Source: Carcharhinus longimanus (taxonomy: Eukaryota). Taken from it: a stretch of DNA of 64,000 nt. Location: the NCBI GenBank assembly GCA_030264375.1, contig JASCQW010000061.1, forward strand, positions 70,169,400-70,233,399, given 5' to 3'. The notes beneath the pieces are model-generated. The model was given only the letters and a program-made list of their open reading frames with translations. It did no database searches and had not been told where the DNA came from. Made by a program: the position numbers and the translations under genes. Below, piece by piece: positions 13,390 through 26,952 of this stretch (within the stretch, counting starts at the first letter, position 1; each line of letters starts with the position of its first letter).

Positions 13390-15670
13390 TGAAATCAATG
13401 CAGTAATGCAAAAACATTGTCTCCACAGGTCTTACTTACTCAAAGACAAGTGATCACTATCCAAACACAATGCAAGAGAGACGCAAGTCACTTGGCTGAA
13501 TCAGAAAGACAAACTTCAGTCACACACAGATCATAAAGACTGAAAGAGATGATACAATGTTTTGAAATGTGTGGATATCCTCAGTTCACAGGTTCATCGC
13601 CAATCCTCAGTGGTGGCAGGTTAACCCTGCTCACAGAAAAGCCCAGATTTTAGAAAGATGGGCACAACCCTTTAACCTGATCCTCAATCAGCCTTCATTT
13701 ATCACTGAAGAACTATCAACTGGCTGCTACAGTAGTGATCAGCTGCTCTCTTGATAACCCTCCCACACTGTTAGAAATGATGAACACCAACTAAATTTCT
13801 GATTAATTGTAAAGTTCCGGGGGCTAATGCAATCCCAGCTGAGACCTACAAGGCTAGAGATCAATAGCTGGTCAAAAAGCTTACTGGACTCTTTCAGTCC
13901 ATATGGGAACAAGGAATCATTTCACAAGAATAGAAAGATGCCTCCATTGTCCGCCTGTAAAAGCGGAGAGGAACTCACCAAACTTGCCACAGTCATAAAC
14001 AAATCTCACTCTCGTCCATCATCTGCAAAACCTTTACCAGAATCCTTCGGGACCACCCAACATTTTTACCAGGATCTGCTGCCAGAGAGCCAGCACAATT
14101 TCAGAAAAGGTCAAGGAAACACTGTTCTGGTGTTTGTAGTTAGATAGCTCCAGGAGGAATGCTAGGAACAAAAATGGACAGCTGCACCATGTTTGATGAC
14201 TTGACCAAGGCCTTTGACAAAGTCAGCTATGAGAGACTTAATGGAGAAATTTGGCTGCCTGAGAAATGTATCCTAGTGGTTTGACAGTTCCATGACAGCC
14301 TGCTCACATATGCCTTCTAACCCATTCTCAATGGAGTTAAACAGAACTGCAAATGAGCACCAATTCTCTTCAGTGTTTTTTTTCTCTATGCTCTCCGATG
14401 TCTTCCATGATGGTGATTTTGACATTGAAATCAGATGGTGCATGAATTGGAAGCTGCTCAATCTGAGATGGTTCAGGCAAAGACTAAAATCTCTAAACAC
14501 ATAATTCATGACTTGCTGCTTGCCAATTACTGGGTGCAAGTTCAGAAGTAGACATATACAGTGATTTGCTAGAATTGGAAAATACCTCTTAGAACTAACA
14601 AGCGAGAGCAGCTTATATAGTGGCACAATGACACAGTATCACAGCTGCCTCACTGTGTCAGCAACCCAGGTTCAATTCCAGCTTGGGTTACTGACTTTGT
14701 GGAGTTTGCACATTCTACCCGTATTTGCATGGGTTTCCTCCAGGTGCTTTGGGTTGCTCCCGGACGTGCTGGCTAGGTGTATTGGCAATGCTTGATTCTC
14801 CCTCAGTGTACCTGAACATTCACTGGAGTGTGGCAACTAAGGGATTTTCACAGTAACTTCATTGCAGTGTTAATGTAAGCCTACTTGTGACACTATTAAA
14901 AATAAACTTCTCAATGTAACATGGACTTATTCTCCAATACATACAACAACATGAGCCTCACAACCAACATAAAGAAAACTGAAGTGCTGTACCAGTCCGT
15001 TCCAGAAAAGTCCTACTTCGAGCCCATGGTTTCAGTCTGTGACCAGAACCTGTCAGCTGTGAATAAGTTCACTTACCCCAACAGCGCATCTCTTGTGCAG
15101 TTTGTATTGATGACAAGACAAATATAATTGCCAAAGCACCAGTAGCCTTCGGCAGACTTGAAACATCAGTCTGGGAATGAAGGGGATGAAGTCAGCCTCC
15201 CAGATTGAAAGTAAATAGACCAATAGTCTACAAAAGAGAAGCCTGGACTGCTTATAAGCATTATGTCAAAGAGCTCAATAACTTTCACTTGAGCTGCCTT
15301 CAGAAATTCCTGAAGACCAGATGATAGGATAAAATAGCAGACACTGAGGTGCTCACCCGAACTGAAACGTCAAGCATTCACACCGTATTGAGACAGTCAC
15401 AACTGAACTGACCTGGTCACGTAGCCAGAATGCCTGACACTCACTTACCAAAGCAAACTTTCTCTGGACAACTTTAGTCTGGGGTGCGCTCTCAAACCTG
15501 CCAAAGGAAATGCTACGAAGACACTTGCCCAATATCACTGAGCTAGGCACACCCAAATAAAAAATGGTGCGGCCTCCTTTGAGGTGGAGAGAAAATACAA
15601 GGAGAGGAAATTCTGAGCTAGAAACTCATCCCAAACTCAATGAGCAGCACTATCCTGTCCTATTTGGAGC
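13390..15670 (+). mobile_element. RTE-clade LINE, degenerate, interrupted by a SINE
   Basis: LLPESQHNFRKG (14077), DLTKAFDKVS (14198), NIKKTEVLYQ..VNKFTY (ORF 14921..15127). Confidence 0.85.
14620..14910 (+). mobile_element. HE1-type SINE, tail type B, nested in RTE
   Basis: B-box GGTTCAATTCC; tail gtaacttcattgcagtgttaatgtaagcctacttgtgacacta..aataaactt. Confidence 0.85.
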
Positions 15671-16140
15671 AGCAGATTAGAAATTTACTCTGGGTTTCTA
15701 ACCTGCTCTTATCTCCTGTGGTGTTTTTCATTCTCTGTCCCTTCTACCTAATACATAACCTTCTGCTGGCTTTTTACAACATTATACCTCTTCCCCCAGT
15801 TTGGAAAGCTGCTTTATTTCCCCTTCTTCCTGATATTTAGTTATTCTCCCTCATCTCTCCCCTCAGCTTCCAGCCTTCTTGCCATTCCCCCTCCCCCTTC
15901 TTCCAAACACAGCTCTAACCCTCATTTTTAATATAATGACTTGGTGGGTTGATCGGTTATACATCAAATAACTATCATGTCATTACACAACCACATAGCT
16001 TTTGATTATTGTGCATCACAGGTAAATATATTTTTCTGCTTCTATTAGTATAAGTGCCAAAGTCAAGTAGCTATTTTCTTCGCTTTCTTATTTTGTTCCT
16101 CATATTAAAAAAATGAATATGAGAATGTATTTTTTCAAAG

Positions 16141-16230
16141 CACATCTTAACAAGAAATAACTTGGTGATAACCAGTGCTCCAAATGACAACAATGAACAT
16201 CTCCTTCTCAGTACAATTGGAGAAATAACA
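16141..16230 (+). CDS. Candidate 90-nt coding exon (HILTRNNLVITSAPNDNNEHLLLSTIGEIT), product unknown
   Basis: ttttttcaaAG acceptor, GTAAGA donor, open in phase 0, non-repeat context; no homology recognised. Confidence 0.3.
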
Positions 16231-17875
16231 GTAAGAGCTTTCAATTTAATATGGCATCATGAATTTATTTTTTGACATTCTATACATATATTGCATAAAA
16301 GTCAAGACATTTTACAGAGTATAGGGAATATTAAGGTGTGAAACCAATTGTTTCCAATTAAAACTTGATGCAGCTTGATCTGAACTGTATTGACGTTGAT
16401 GTTTAACAGTTACTCCTACGTGAACAGCATTTTTACATTCAGTATGTAGCACTGGTTAGAAGGATACTGACAGGTTTTTCAACGTTAATCATCCAAATTT
16501 GAATTACAAAGAACACCAGGCAATGTGATGGCATTCAAGTAATTAACTTTGATATTGTTACTTCAATTAGTTTTACTGGTAGAAAATTAAATTGCCTGCT
16601 ACCAAATATATTCTGGCAATAGAAATAAGTCAGATTTTCATTGTTTTTAACAACGCTAGGATGCCTTCAATCTTTATGTTTTGTAAATAGCTATAGAATA
16701 AAGTAATCTGGAACAAGTGTTGTGGCAGGGAAATCTTGCCCTTTGCACCACTGCTCAGACAATGACTCTGATAGATGATTATTAGCTGAAAGTTTATTTA
16801 AAACAGCAAACAGTAAACTTACAAATTAGGACCCCACAGCATATCCAGCTCCTCGGCATTTTACAACATTCAGAATGTTCCCTTTGAAAAACTGACTTAA
16901 TGTACCATTAGGCCTTTTACAGCTGGGTATGTTTACTGCAAGTTGTATTAACTTCAAGAGTTAAAAGTACTGGAGTTTTGAATAAGGATTTTAAAGATGA
17001 CACAGCTGTGTTTAAACAATATTTTAGTGCTGGTTATGGGTGTTTTCATACTAAATTGTTAACATTAAGCATGTCAATCTGTCAGTTAGCATTTACCAGT
17101 TTATTCTGACTGGCTATGGCTTCCAACGTTATAGTTCATGTGGACTCTCCTTGTTAAACTGTTTTACTGTAGCTGTTTCCCCTCAGTGCTGATATTTAAA
17201 AACCAGACCATCCTAAGTCAGCACTTCTACTGCTATTTTGTTATCAATCATATTTCATACATGAGCATTTATTAAGGGATAAAGAGAAATGTACAGGAAA
17301 GACACTACAAAATGTAATCTTCTATTACTTGCACAAATGTACAAGCTCAGATCAAACTGACGATTAAAAATGAAGCGTGAACATTTTGGAGAATGATGGC
17401 AGTTTTATTCACACGCTATTCTTATTTTCAGTGTCAGACTTTTAGCATTTCCATTTTAGCAAAGGAAAGTGCTTCCAGTAATCATTCTGTCTGGCCTGAA
17501 ATTCCATTGGTTTGGTAAGACATAGATTTGGTCTTTGGTAGACTTTCGGAAAGGTACTTAAGGTGTGAAAACCTACAGGGCCATAGGCTAAGAGCTGGAA
17601 GATGGGATTGGGCTGGATAGCTCTTTTACAGTTGATACAGATTCCTTCTGCACTGTATGGGCCCAATTCTTCCGATTCTTCACTCTCAGTGGTCCCACTA
17701 GCATCAAATTGGGAATGATTCACATTGGCCCTAGCAGGGCTGAGCAGAAGCCATCCAACCAATTTTAATGGCCCAGCCTAGCCCCCACATGAAACACATG
17801 GATCATCAGACTCCAATGGTGGCTAATTTACTGGAGTTGGAAATTACCCCTTAGAACTAACAAATGGGAGCAGCT

Positions 17876-18162
17876 TGTACGGTGGCACCATGATACAGTG
17901 ACACTGCTGTCTCACAGCGCCAGGGACCCAGATTTGATTCCTGGCTTGGGTCACTGTCTGTGTGGCGTTTGCACATTCTCTCCCTGTCTATGTGGGTTTC
18001 CTCTGGGTGCTCTGGTTTCCTCCCACAATCCAAATTGGCCATGCTCAATTTTCCCTCAGTTGACCAAACAGGGACTGGACTGTGGCAACTAGAGAATTTC
18101 CACAGTAATTTCATTGCAGTATTAAAGCCTAATTGTGACACTAATAAATAAACTTAAACTTT
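17876..18162 (+). mobile_element. HE1-type SINE, tail type B
   Basis: Head acggtggcac..gatttgattcc; tail gtgacactaataaataaacttaaactt. Confidence 0.85.
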
Positions 18163-18519
18163 TATGCACTCCCTACTGCCCCGACATTCACTTTACAGCC
18201 AAAATTACAGGAAGGCAAGCTTCTCCATGGTTCCTGATGGCTGTCGTGGGCTAGATGCTAGATGCCATCGAGGAGAGAGTTCCGCCCTTTTCCCCAGGGT
18301 AGGCAGGAGACTTCATGTGAAAGTAGTGGCAGATGTCTGGGAAGTGGTGGCTGAGGTGTTCAGCAGAAACAGCATAACCAAGAGGAATAAATACAGTGCC
18401 ATGCAAGAAGAAAATGAACAACCTGCTTTGAACTGCCTTCATTGTTTCTTGTATAAGGACAGTAGTACCTCTTTAATGCATTCTCAATGAGAGATTTGGA
18501 TGAACTTCATTCTCAGTGA

Positions 18520-19755
18520 GACTCTTTTTTGAACTGGTTTGAAATGGCTGCCTACAGTCAGCTTGTCTCATGGCAGAGTCACATGACCATGGCAAGCCAG
18601 GTAGTACATTTAGTATGATTATAATTCCAAAACCCAAACATCCCCCTTATCACACCAAAGATACAAGCATTTCCTTTCTCCTAGCAAATAAAAGACAAAT
18701 TTGCATGCGTGATCCTGTGTGATTGTGAATTATCCAAGTTACCCACTATATACCCACTGTTTGCATGCACTAACAATTTGCTTGTTCTACTAGTCAGTCT
18801 TTGCACGAGTATTGCACATATAAGGGGTGATCTTATTGGCTCATCCCACCAATCAATTGGTAAGGTGGGCTGGTAAGATTGGGCAAGGGATAAAAATAAT
18901 CAAGATCACACTCGATTTATCGCCTCTCATGACCTTACCAGCCATGTTTAATGTTTTTATGTTTTACTGGCAAAATTGGCTTTCTGCTCAGAAAGGACAT
19001 CAAATCAGTTCAAATATTTATGATATCATCACATGTTATGAGTGAGTCCTGGATGTTATCGGCTTGCCCTTATCTGCTCCCTGGTCAAGGACCTCACCAG
19101 TGAGGATCACGTGTGGTCCCCTTCAATGGGACTGGGTGTGATGGCCTTGCTGATGGGAACAGAGGTCAATGAAACACCTGACAATGGTCAGGGGCACCCA
19201 CTGGGCAGTGCCAAACGGCAGGGCCTGAGGGGCAGAGCCATGAATGGGGGAGGCAGGGGAAAGCTTCATGGGGGGGAGGGAAAGAGGAAACTCTGCAGAG
19301 GGAGGGGATTGATTGGCCAAGGTGACAATTGGTGGGATAAGGTTTTGCTTAGCAGGGGCGGTGACTGGGGGGGTGTTAATCGACAGGGCTGGTGATCAGA
19401 GGGAAGTTGGGGTGTGATATCTGGAGCAGTGATTGGGGAGCTAGTACAGCGTAATTCACCATCTCACAAGATCACGCATGCAAATTTGTCTTTTGTTTGC
19501 TGGGAGAAAGGGAATGCCAATTCACCTTGACCATTTCCCTCATGTCTGTTACTACTTGCAGTTGCAGTAGCTTTCTTTGCTATTGGAAGAGTAGTTTGTA
19601 TGCATCTTGACATTAGTTCTTAGGACTGGATTATTTTTTAATGCCTTCAGTTCCTCCACTCAAGATAATCTTGCATATGCCTGTGTTCAATTTGCTTGAT
19701 TTCTTAATGATTCCTTTGGCGATTGTCACTTCCACTTCTGCCTCTCCATTTGCGT
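18520..19755 (-). mobile_element. Gypsy LTR-retrotransposon relic (integrase C-terminal part, PPT and start of 3' LTR)
   Basis: 19755-19520 translates NGEAEVEVTIAKGIIKKS.., homologous to 44110-44340. On the minus strand AAGGGGGA is followed by TGT at about 18640, like a PPT and LTR start. Confidence 0.6.
18667..19517. mobile_element. 851-bp element bounded by about 67-bp inverted repeats, flanked by CAA on both sides
   Basis: 18667-18733 is the near reverse complement of 19451-19517. Confidence 0.75.
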
Positions 19756-20964
19756 GGGGATGGTGCAAAGACTGTAGATGGAATTTTCCGCATGCACCTC
19801 CCCCCTCCCCTCCCCCTCACCAACTCCTCTCATTGTCTTTCAAGTCAGCTGGTCCACTCCCAATAGTCAGAATAGTTGCCTACAGCGAGAAGATAGTTAG
19901 TTCCTGCCAAAGTGAAAAGATCTACTCCCAGTTTTAACCATAGTCTGCGTGAACAGAGACTGAAACCTTTATGTCACTAGTCATTTTACTCTTAACTAAT
20001 TGATCGTTTTATTTGTAAATTTCTGCGATTCTTCTTAAGTTTCTATTTTACAATAGAAATAACTAATAGCTACTGTTTAAATAATATTACCCAATCTCAC
20101 CTAATACTTAAAAATGTATCAATCTAATTTTGGACACCCACTTTAGGGAGGACGTGAAGGGAGTGGAGAAGGTACAGAAAATATTTAGAAGAGTGGTACC
20201 AACATGAGACTAAATGGCCTCCTTCTGTTATAATCGTTCTGTTCTATTCCTTTCTGTAATTTCCAGGCATAATGTAACAAAAATATTCATCTCTTGGAAA
20301 ACATTTCCTGCAATTCAAAGGACTACACATTGATCAATATGTCTGTTGATACATCACTGAGTTCAATTTGCTTGTCTGATATATCACTGCTAGTCGTCTT
20401 CAAAACAAAAAAAAGGTACTGTGGAAAATTTTTAGGGCTGTTTAACATAAATAGAATGGTCAAATTGTACCCCATGAGTGAAATGCAGACATTACTGCTT
20501 CAGTGGAAGATATAAGATGAGGGAAAATAAAATAAACTTTTCAAAAGGTTGAAGCGAAAGCTTAACAGATTAGGTTAAGTAAATAAAATGCAAGGTAGAA
20601 ATGTACCACAAATAGAAATTCCAGCATGGAGTCTTGAATTTAAAGCTAGGAATGTATTAAAGATGACAGAATATGCAGACTTGATTGAACATGGATTAGC
20701 TCACTATTACTTATCTACAGAATGATTTAAATCACACCAAGAGGGTGAAGGGAAATTCACTGTTAAACTCTATATCAAATGGAATCAAATTAAGAAAGAA
20801 GGCCAGATTTTACACTGGGCTGGGTGCAGACAGCATTGCACCCAATTTAATGCTCCCACTGCCAATCCGACAGAGAGCATATATAAAATTCAGCCCCAAT
20901 TCACAACACTTAGATTAAGCCTTCTAAAACAAATCGGCTTGAAAAATCTGACTTGAAGAATAGA

Positions 20965-21270
20965 AAAAAAGAACTTGCATATATACGGCGGCTTTCACAA
21001 ACTTGCCAATGGTGTAGTCAGTTTTGTCATATCAAAGACATGGAAAACAGCCATATGGTTATGACTAGATCACTTGTTTAAGTGGCATTGGCTATGGGAT
21101 AAACATTGCCTGGGCCAGTGGGGAGAACTTGCCTTCCCTTCTTTAAAATACTGCCATGGAATCTCTTACATCCAACTCGGAGGACCTTGGTTAATCATCT
21201 CATCTGAAAGACAGAACCTTTGACCACATAGCACTCCCTCAATTCTGCACCAAAGAATGGCACAATTCAG
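20965..21270 (-). mobile_element. Deu-domain SINE relic (SacSINE/AmnSINE-like)
   Basis: ggagaact..cttctttaaaatactgccatggaatctcttacatcca..catctcatctgaaagac..gcactccctca resembles the reverse complement of the Deu core; related pieces at 32740-32850. Confidence 0.55.
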
Positions 21271-22472
21271 ATGCTTAATTCCTGGTGCCATACTCCGGAG
21301 TATAAAATGAATTACAATGTGTTATGAATTGGGAATAATTATGGAAGTTATCCCCAAGGGATGTCAGCTGAAGCCTTCTGCTGCTAGTGATACCTGCTAC
21401 TGCTGACGAGGTTGTCTACTTTGTGGGCTGTCACGTGGGAGGCAGAGCAACAAAATGCAAAAGGGAGAGACCCTGCAGTTAAAATTGGCAGGAGCTCCGA
21501 GTCACCGGCCTTGCCACAGCATTTAGTTGTTTTCAGCCTTCTCCATGTCAATATTGGGGCCCATACATTAGAGGAATTTGGAAATACATTTGGGAGTTAC
21601 AAATTGCTCCATTTTCCATATGATACACAGTCACTTCTTATGTTTAAAAAGTACACAATCTATTAAAATGAAAGGAATGTTATTTAATTACCTTCTTACC
21701 TTTTTTCACATTACAAATGGTATTCCTTCATTCTGTTGAAGCCTGCGGATTCAAGCACACTCACTTAACAACTACTAACATACATGATTATTCTGTTAAA
21801 AATATCTGTAGTAGGTGGTATTTGAAGGATTATTTAGGCCCTTTCCCTTTACTTCTCAAGTGTTTACCTTTAATTGAATTTGACAGCAATGCAAAAAAGG
21901 ATTAATCCAGCGTAGGGTGCAAATAGTCCACATGGCAGTTGGAATATGTTATTGATTTCAGTTTCAATTGTGTAATTCATTATCTGTGTTATATATTAAA
22001 CATTCAAAAATCCACTATCTGATGAGAGCTCTGTTTTTAATGTGGGAGGCATTTTTGAAATTCCAGGCAATTTGCTCATCAATCAAAACAAGAGTTTTAA
22101 AGAGTGAAGCAGGCTCGTTAAACAGTATTTTCATCTGGGGCTCATTAGTCCAAGGATTGTTTCACTATTCTGTTTCTAACTAATGCACTTCTGGGAGTCA
22201 GAGCCAGGTGTTCTTTACACTCTTTTCTACTGAAAGCAGCCTTAACCACTAATCTCCATCTACAGCCAGACCTATAAACTTTGACCTCCCACCTTGATAC
22301 ATATTGAAAAATGGGACTGGTAAAATGGCCAAATAATATGACTTAATATTATTTTAAATTGTTTAGTGCATATATGTACAACTAAAATTCATAAATTTAT
22401 TTCAGTAATCATTAGTCTTTTAATGTGTGTGCAGTAATTTGTGCAGATTTATAGTAATCTATCTGGAGATTA

Positions 22473-23173
22473 GGGCCACAATTCTCAGTGGCCATTCACT
22501 GTGAGGCATTTGACATCCCCCACACTGACCTGACATCACGCTTGCAGAAATCACCACTGGTTTTCAAAAACAAAAATCAGTTGTGGTGATGCCGGGGGTG
22601 GGGGGTATGAGATAAGTAAGGGTGGTAAAAGTAATGGCAGGGCAGTGCCCTGGCACTGCCAACCAGGTACCCTGGCAGTGTAGCACTGTTCGGGCAGGGC
22701 CAGGGGAGGGGGCTTCTAAGGTGCTCCATTGGGGGTTTCCCATTATGTGAGTGGAGGTGGGGTCACGGTGGGGGCCAGAGGGGAGTTATGCCTGAATAAT
22801 GGTGGCGGGGTTNNNNNNNNNNNNNNNNNNNNNNNNNNNNNNNNNNNNNNNNNNNNNNNNNNNNNNNNNNNNNNNNNNNNNNNNNNNNNNNNNNNNNNNN
22901 NNNNNNNNNNNNNNNNNNNNNNNNNNNNNNNNNNNNNNNNNNNNNNNNNNNNNNNNNNNNNNNNNNNNNNNNNNNAGTTTGAGGGTTGGGAGTGTTGCCC
23001 TTGTCGGCCAGGGTCCTGATGTCCATGCTGGGGTGCCTTTAATCCTACTGTGAGATGGTACCATTTTTAAAGGGTGTCCTGATCTCCAAGGAGCCAATCT
23101 CTCCTGGAATGAAAACCTGGCTGTTTTTCAGTCAGAACCTTACATTTCAGCATTTTTGAGGAAAATTCCACCC
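22473..23173. mobile_element. Harbinger-like MITE (contains N-gap 22813-22975)
   Basis: Ends GGGCCACAATT / AATTCCACCC, each adjacent to TA; G-rich interior like 58918-59470. Confidence 0.55.
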
Positions 23174-23644
23174 TAGATCTAAATGCTTCAGATTGAGTTA
23201 TAGCAATATCTTTTACACAATATTTTGTTTTTGTAAAATTGACAGCAATGGTCCAGCAATGTGTAGTGCAAGTGTAATTGGATTTGTAGTATTGTATGTA
23301 ATAGCCGTCTTCCTATTAGAAAAAAAGAACAGTAGTTGCTGAATGCATTTTTCTTACAGAATCTCCTTCATGGGATAGTGAAATAAATTAGTTCATGGCA
23401 AATACTAGTCAGAATATTGCCAACCAGGAAACATAGGGTTGTAGCATAAATGGCAAGCGTTGAGAATATAATGAATGCAAACTTGAGAATGGTAATGGTG
23501 TGGAAGGAAATAGCACCATGTTTTCTTCATTAAAGATCATTGGGGCTGTCATTTTTTTTACTAATGACACACATCTTGATACTATCAGCTGGAATACATC
23601 AATGTGTGATCACTGCTGTATTTCAATAATTTTCTTTTCTTTAG

Positions 23645-23671
23645 GTTCCCATACATTGAACTTCACAGCAG
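23645..23671 (+). other. Candidate 27-nt micro-exon
   Basis: ttttcttttctttAG acceptor, CAG|GTAAAT donor, length divisible by 3, open in phases 1 and 2. Confidence 0.3.
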
Positions 23672-25419
23672 GTAAATCAGTCAGCATTTAGAATGAAAAG
23701 ACTGGCTAATGTTTCAGGAATTGCATTTCTTTTGCATTTTGTTTTGAATACTTTCCTCCTGCCATATTTTAATCAAACACAGGTGTATACATCCAAAGTA
23801 AGAATCTTTTCAAGTCTGATTTCACATTTGTTAAACTTGGCTAATAGTTGTGGCAAATCCAATCCTGAATTATTTGCCCATTACTACTGTTTACCCAAGG
23901 GTAAAATAAAGGCTATGTTGTGGAGAACTGAAGGCTGTAACATCCTGATGCACATGTCAAGCCCTGACAGATGGTGGTCTCTGAGAAACTTACTGAATGC
24001 GTCATTTGTATAAGGAGCCAGTGTCGAAAACTGACCATTCTGCAGGTGCATGCAGTGTGGAATTTTGTCTACACATATTAATGAATGTAGGGGAATATTC
24101 CTGGGAAAAAGCTAACATGAGATCAGATTTTCGTATTAGATGATGTTATGCTGCTTTTATATCTTCTGGTGTCAAAGTAGATTCCCATATTTCTCTAACA
24201 AGATGACATGTGTGCAGGCTCATTTACAGATGGAATATGGCTTAATCTTTAAAACATGGAATTTGAACACATTTATGGTAGTATGATATCTAAAAATTTC
24301 CCAAGGTTAAAATCATGCAGTTTATTTTGTTTCTGTAACTAGTAACTCTGACCAACTTTCACTGAAAATATGAACCATTGCTCAAAGAATGAATTCAAAT
24401 TATTGAATTTGCACTTTATCCTACAATGTATTTCCAGTGATGATACTTGAAATATTTAAAACTATGAATGATCAGATCTGAATTGCAAGGCTGTGGCATT
24501 AATAATGGACTCCAGTAGCATTATAAATCATAAGAATAAATTTCCAGCAATTTGTAAACATTATCTGCTTTCATGAAAGGTTACAATATTTAATTCAGTT
24601 TCTGGAGCAGCAAGTCTATAATATTTTAAGTTAAGGTTATCTCTGTGTCAAATTCCAAGATTGTTTCCCCTTTTGGAGAATTCACAAATTCCTGTGCCAG
24701 TACTGAATGAGGTTGATGCTAAGGTATTTAACTCATTTGGGGGGGGTTGGTNNNNNNNNNNNNNNNNNNNNNNNNNNNNNNNNNNNNNNNNNNNNNNNNN
24801 NNNNNNNNNNNNNNNNNNNNNNNNNNNNNNNNNNNNNNNNNNNNNNNNNNNNNNNNNNNNNNNNNNNNNNNNNNNNNNNAGCCAATTGGCAGCGGGCTCA
24901 ATGACAACCTACTCCTTGCTATTATAGGCTGACTATTTAAAGGGATCCCAGCAGGGGTCAGAATAAAACTGTTAGGGCAGATGGAACAAGTGCAATAATA
25001 GAGTGTCAATGTGGAACCCTACATCCCCAGTTCCATGAGGCATATCTGGAGGTCTTTTTGCAGACTATAGAGACCTGCAAAGTGATACTTTTCCCAGTAG
25101 ACAGGAGGTAGAGGCTAGCCTCTGTAACAAAGCAGATGTGGCTGGAGCTGGATTCAAGGAGTCAGCATCAGGGATGTGGATCTTTTCACATGAGTACTGT
25201 GCCAAAAGTTGTTCCACGACCTCATGGCAGCAGGAAGGATGAATGGGAATCTACATTCTCATGTCAACAACCTCATTTGGACCTCCACAGCCTTCTTACG
25301 TACAGACTCCTCAGATCAAAAACTTTCGACTCCTTCCATCTCTCTCTCTCTCTTTCTGCACCTTCTCATTCCATCATCTGAACAGTCACCACTGACAAAT
25401 TCATTCTCAAGCTAGTGCT

Positions 25420-26780
25420 ATTTAGGGGATAAAGATACCGAAGAGAGTTAGTGCTAGAACAGTCATCTGTTTAACTCCACTAGTGACTGGGAATGGCTCG
25501 GAAGATTCACCATCATCCAGGACAGAAGTGTACATACTGTCCTGGAACTATCAAATCATTCTGATAAATGTCTCAGGGCAGATTAATTTCTCCATTATTT
25601 TCCAATGGCCTTCATGATTTACTGTGTCAAAGATCTTGTTCAGGTCCACAAACGTGTTGTAGTGATCCATGCTCTGCTTTTGATATTTTACCTGAGGCTG
25701 TCTAACTGCAAACACCACACAGTAGTTCCTTGACCTTTCCTGAAACCTCACTGACCCTCAGCAGCAGATCTTAGTCCAGATGTTACACAAAATGGTTCAG
25801 AAGGATTATATTGAAAATTTTGCTAGTGATGGTGAGTAGTGAGATTACTCAATGATTGTTACAAGATTGGTGAGCTTGTCAGTAGAGGCCAACCCTCTGC
25901 AGCAGGTTTTTCTCTGCCAGGTTCTCCACACCATGATAATTATGCTGGCATCTAAATCCAATTTTGCATGGATGGGTAGGTGTTCACTCTGAGATATACT
26001 CCAATGACATAATTTGTAATTTCCTGTTTGTCGATGATAACACAAGCTGCTGGCTCAACACTGGAGATACGTGGACTTGTTCTTCAAAGCATTCAACAAC
26101 TTTGGCCTTGCGATGAGCATGAAGAAAATAATGTACTGCCTGCTTCAGGAAAGCCCTATTTCAAGCTTAACATTTCAGAATGTGAACATCAGTCAAGGAA
26201 TAAGGAGGAATAAGTCTACTCACTAATCTAAAAGTCTATGGAGCAATAGGCCTGCTCACACTGCTGTTTGCATACGAGACTTAGATTGTTTGGCAGCATC
26301 TGTCAAGATGTCTATCTTGAGCTGCCTTCAGATGCTTTTGAAGATCAGAATCTTCTGAAGATAAAATACCAGACACTGTCACTCAAGCTGGCCTGCCAAG
26401 CATGTTTGGACAGTTATATCTGAATTGGGCTGGTCAAATGGTTTGAATGTCTAATACTTGCTTCTGGAGCTAATCATTAAAGAGCTTGAGTTTGAACTGT
26501 GCTATCATGGTGAGCAAAAGAATCACACTAGGACATTCTGAGGAATCTTGAGTTTTTCTATCAACTCCAGGTCCTGAGAGAAGATCACCCTGGGTTGCTG
26601 CATCCGGTGCAAACTAATACAGTGTGGTCTCCACTCAGACAGAAAGAAAAGACTTGGAAAAGAAATCCTGATCCAGAAACTTGCCCAAAGCTCAATTACC
26701 TGCTCTATCCTGTCTTATTTGCAATAGAGCTTTTCATTCTAGCTGCCCTAGAAGTCACCAATGTAGCCATCAGATGATGA
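25420..26780. mobile_element. RTE LINE with inverted 5' part (about 25420-26020 minus, 26030-26780 plus)
   Basis: Minus ORF 25551..25751 FVDLNKIFDTVNHEGHWKIMEK; plus part has LKVYGAI..TLLFAYET and a CLICNRAFHS finger. Confidence 0.75.
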
Positions 26781-26793
26781 ACATGACTCATTA

Positions 26794-26952
26794 TGGGCAA
26801 CACAGTGGTTAGCACTGCTGCCACACAGCGCCAGGGACTCTATCTTTCTATGCTTCTATCTTTGAGTGACTGTCTGTGCAGAGTTTGCATGTTCTCCCTG
26901 GGTCTGCATGAGTTTCCTCTGGATGCTCCGGATTCCACCCACAATCCAAAGA
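26794..26952 (+). mobile_element. 5' half of HE1-type SINE
   Basis: cacagtggttagcactgctgcc..gagtttgcatgttctcc..cacaatccaaagat. Confidence 0.75.

Noticed and set aside
16807-16925. Exon-like segments with good donors (also 27158-27234 and 20267-20415)
   Set aside because: All frames contain stops, so unsupported as CDS; non-coding exons cannot be excluded without RNA data.
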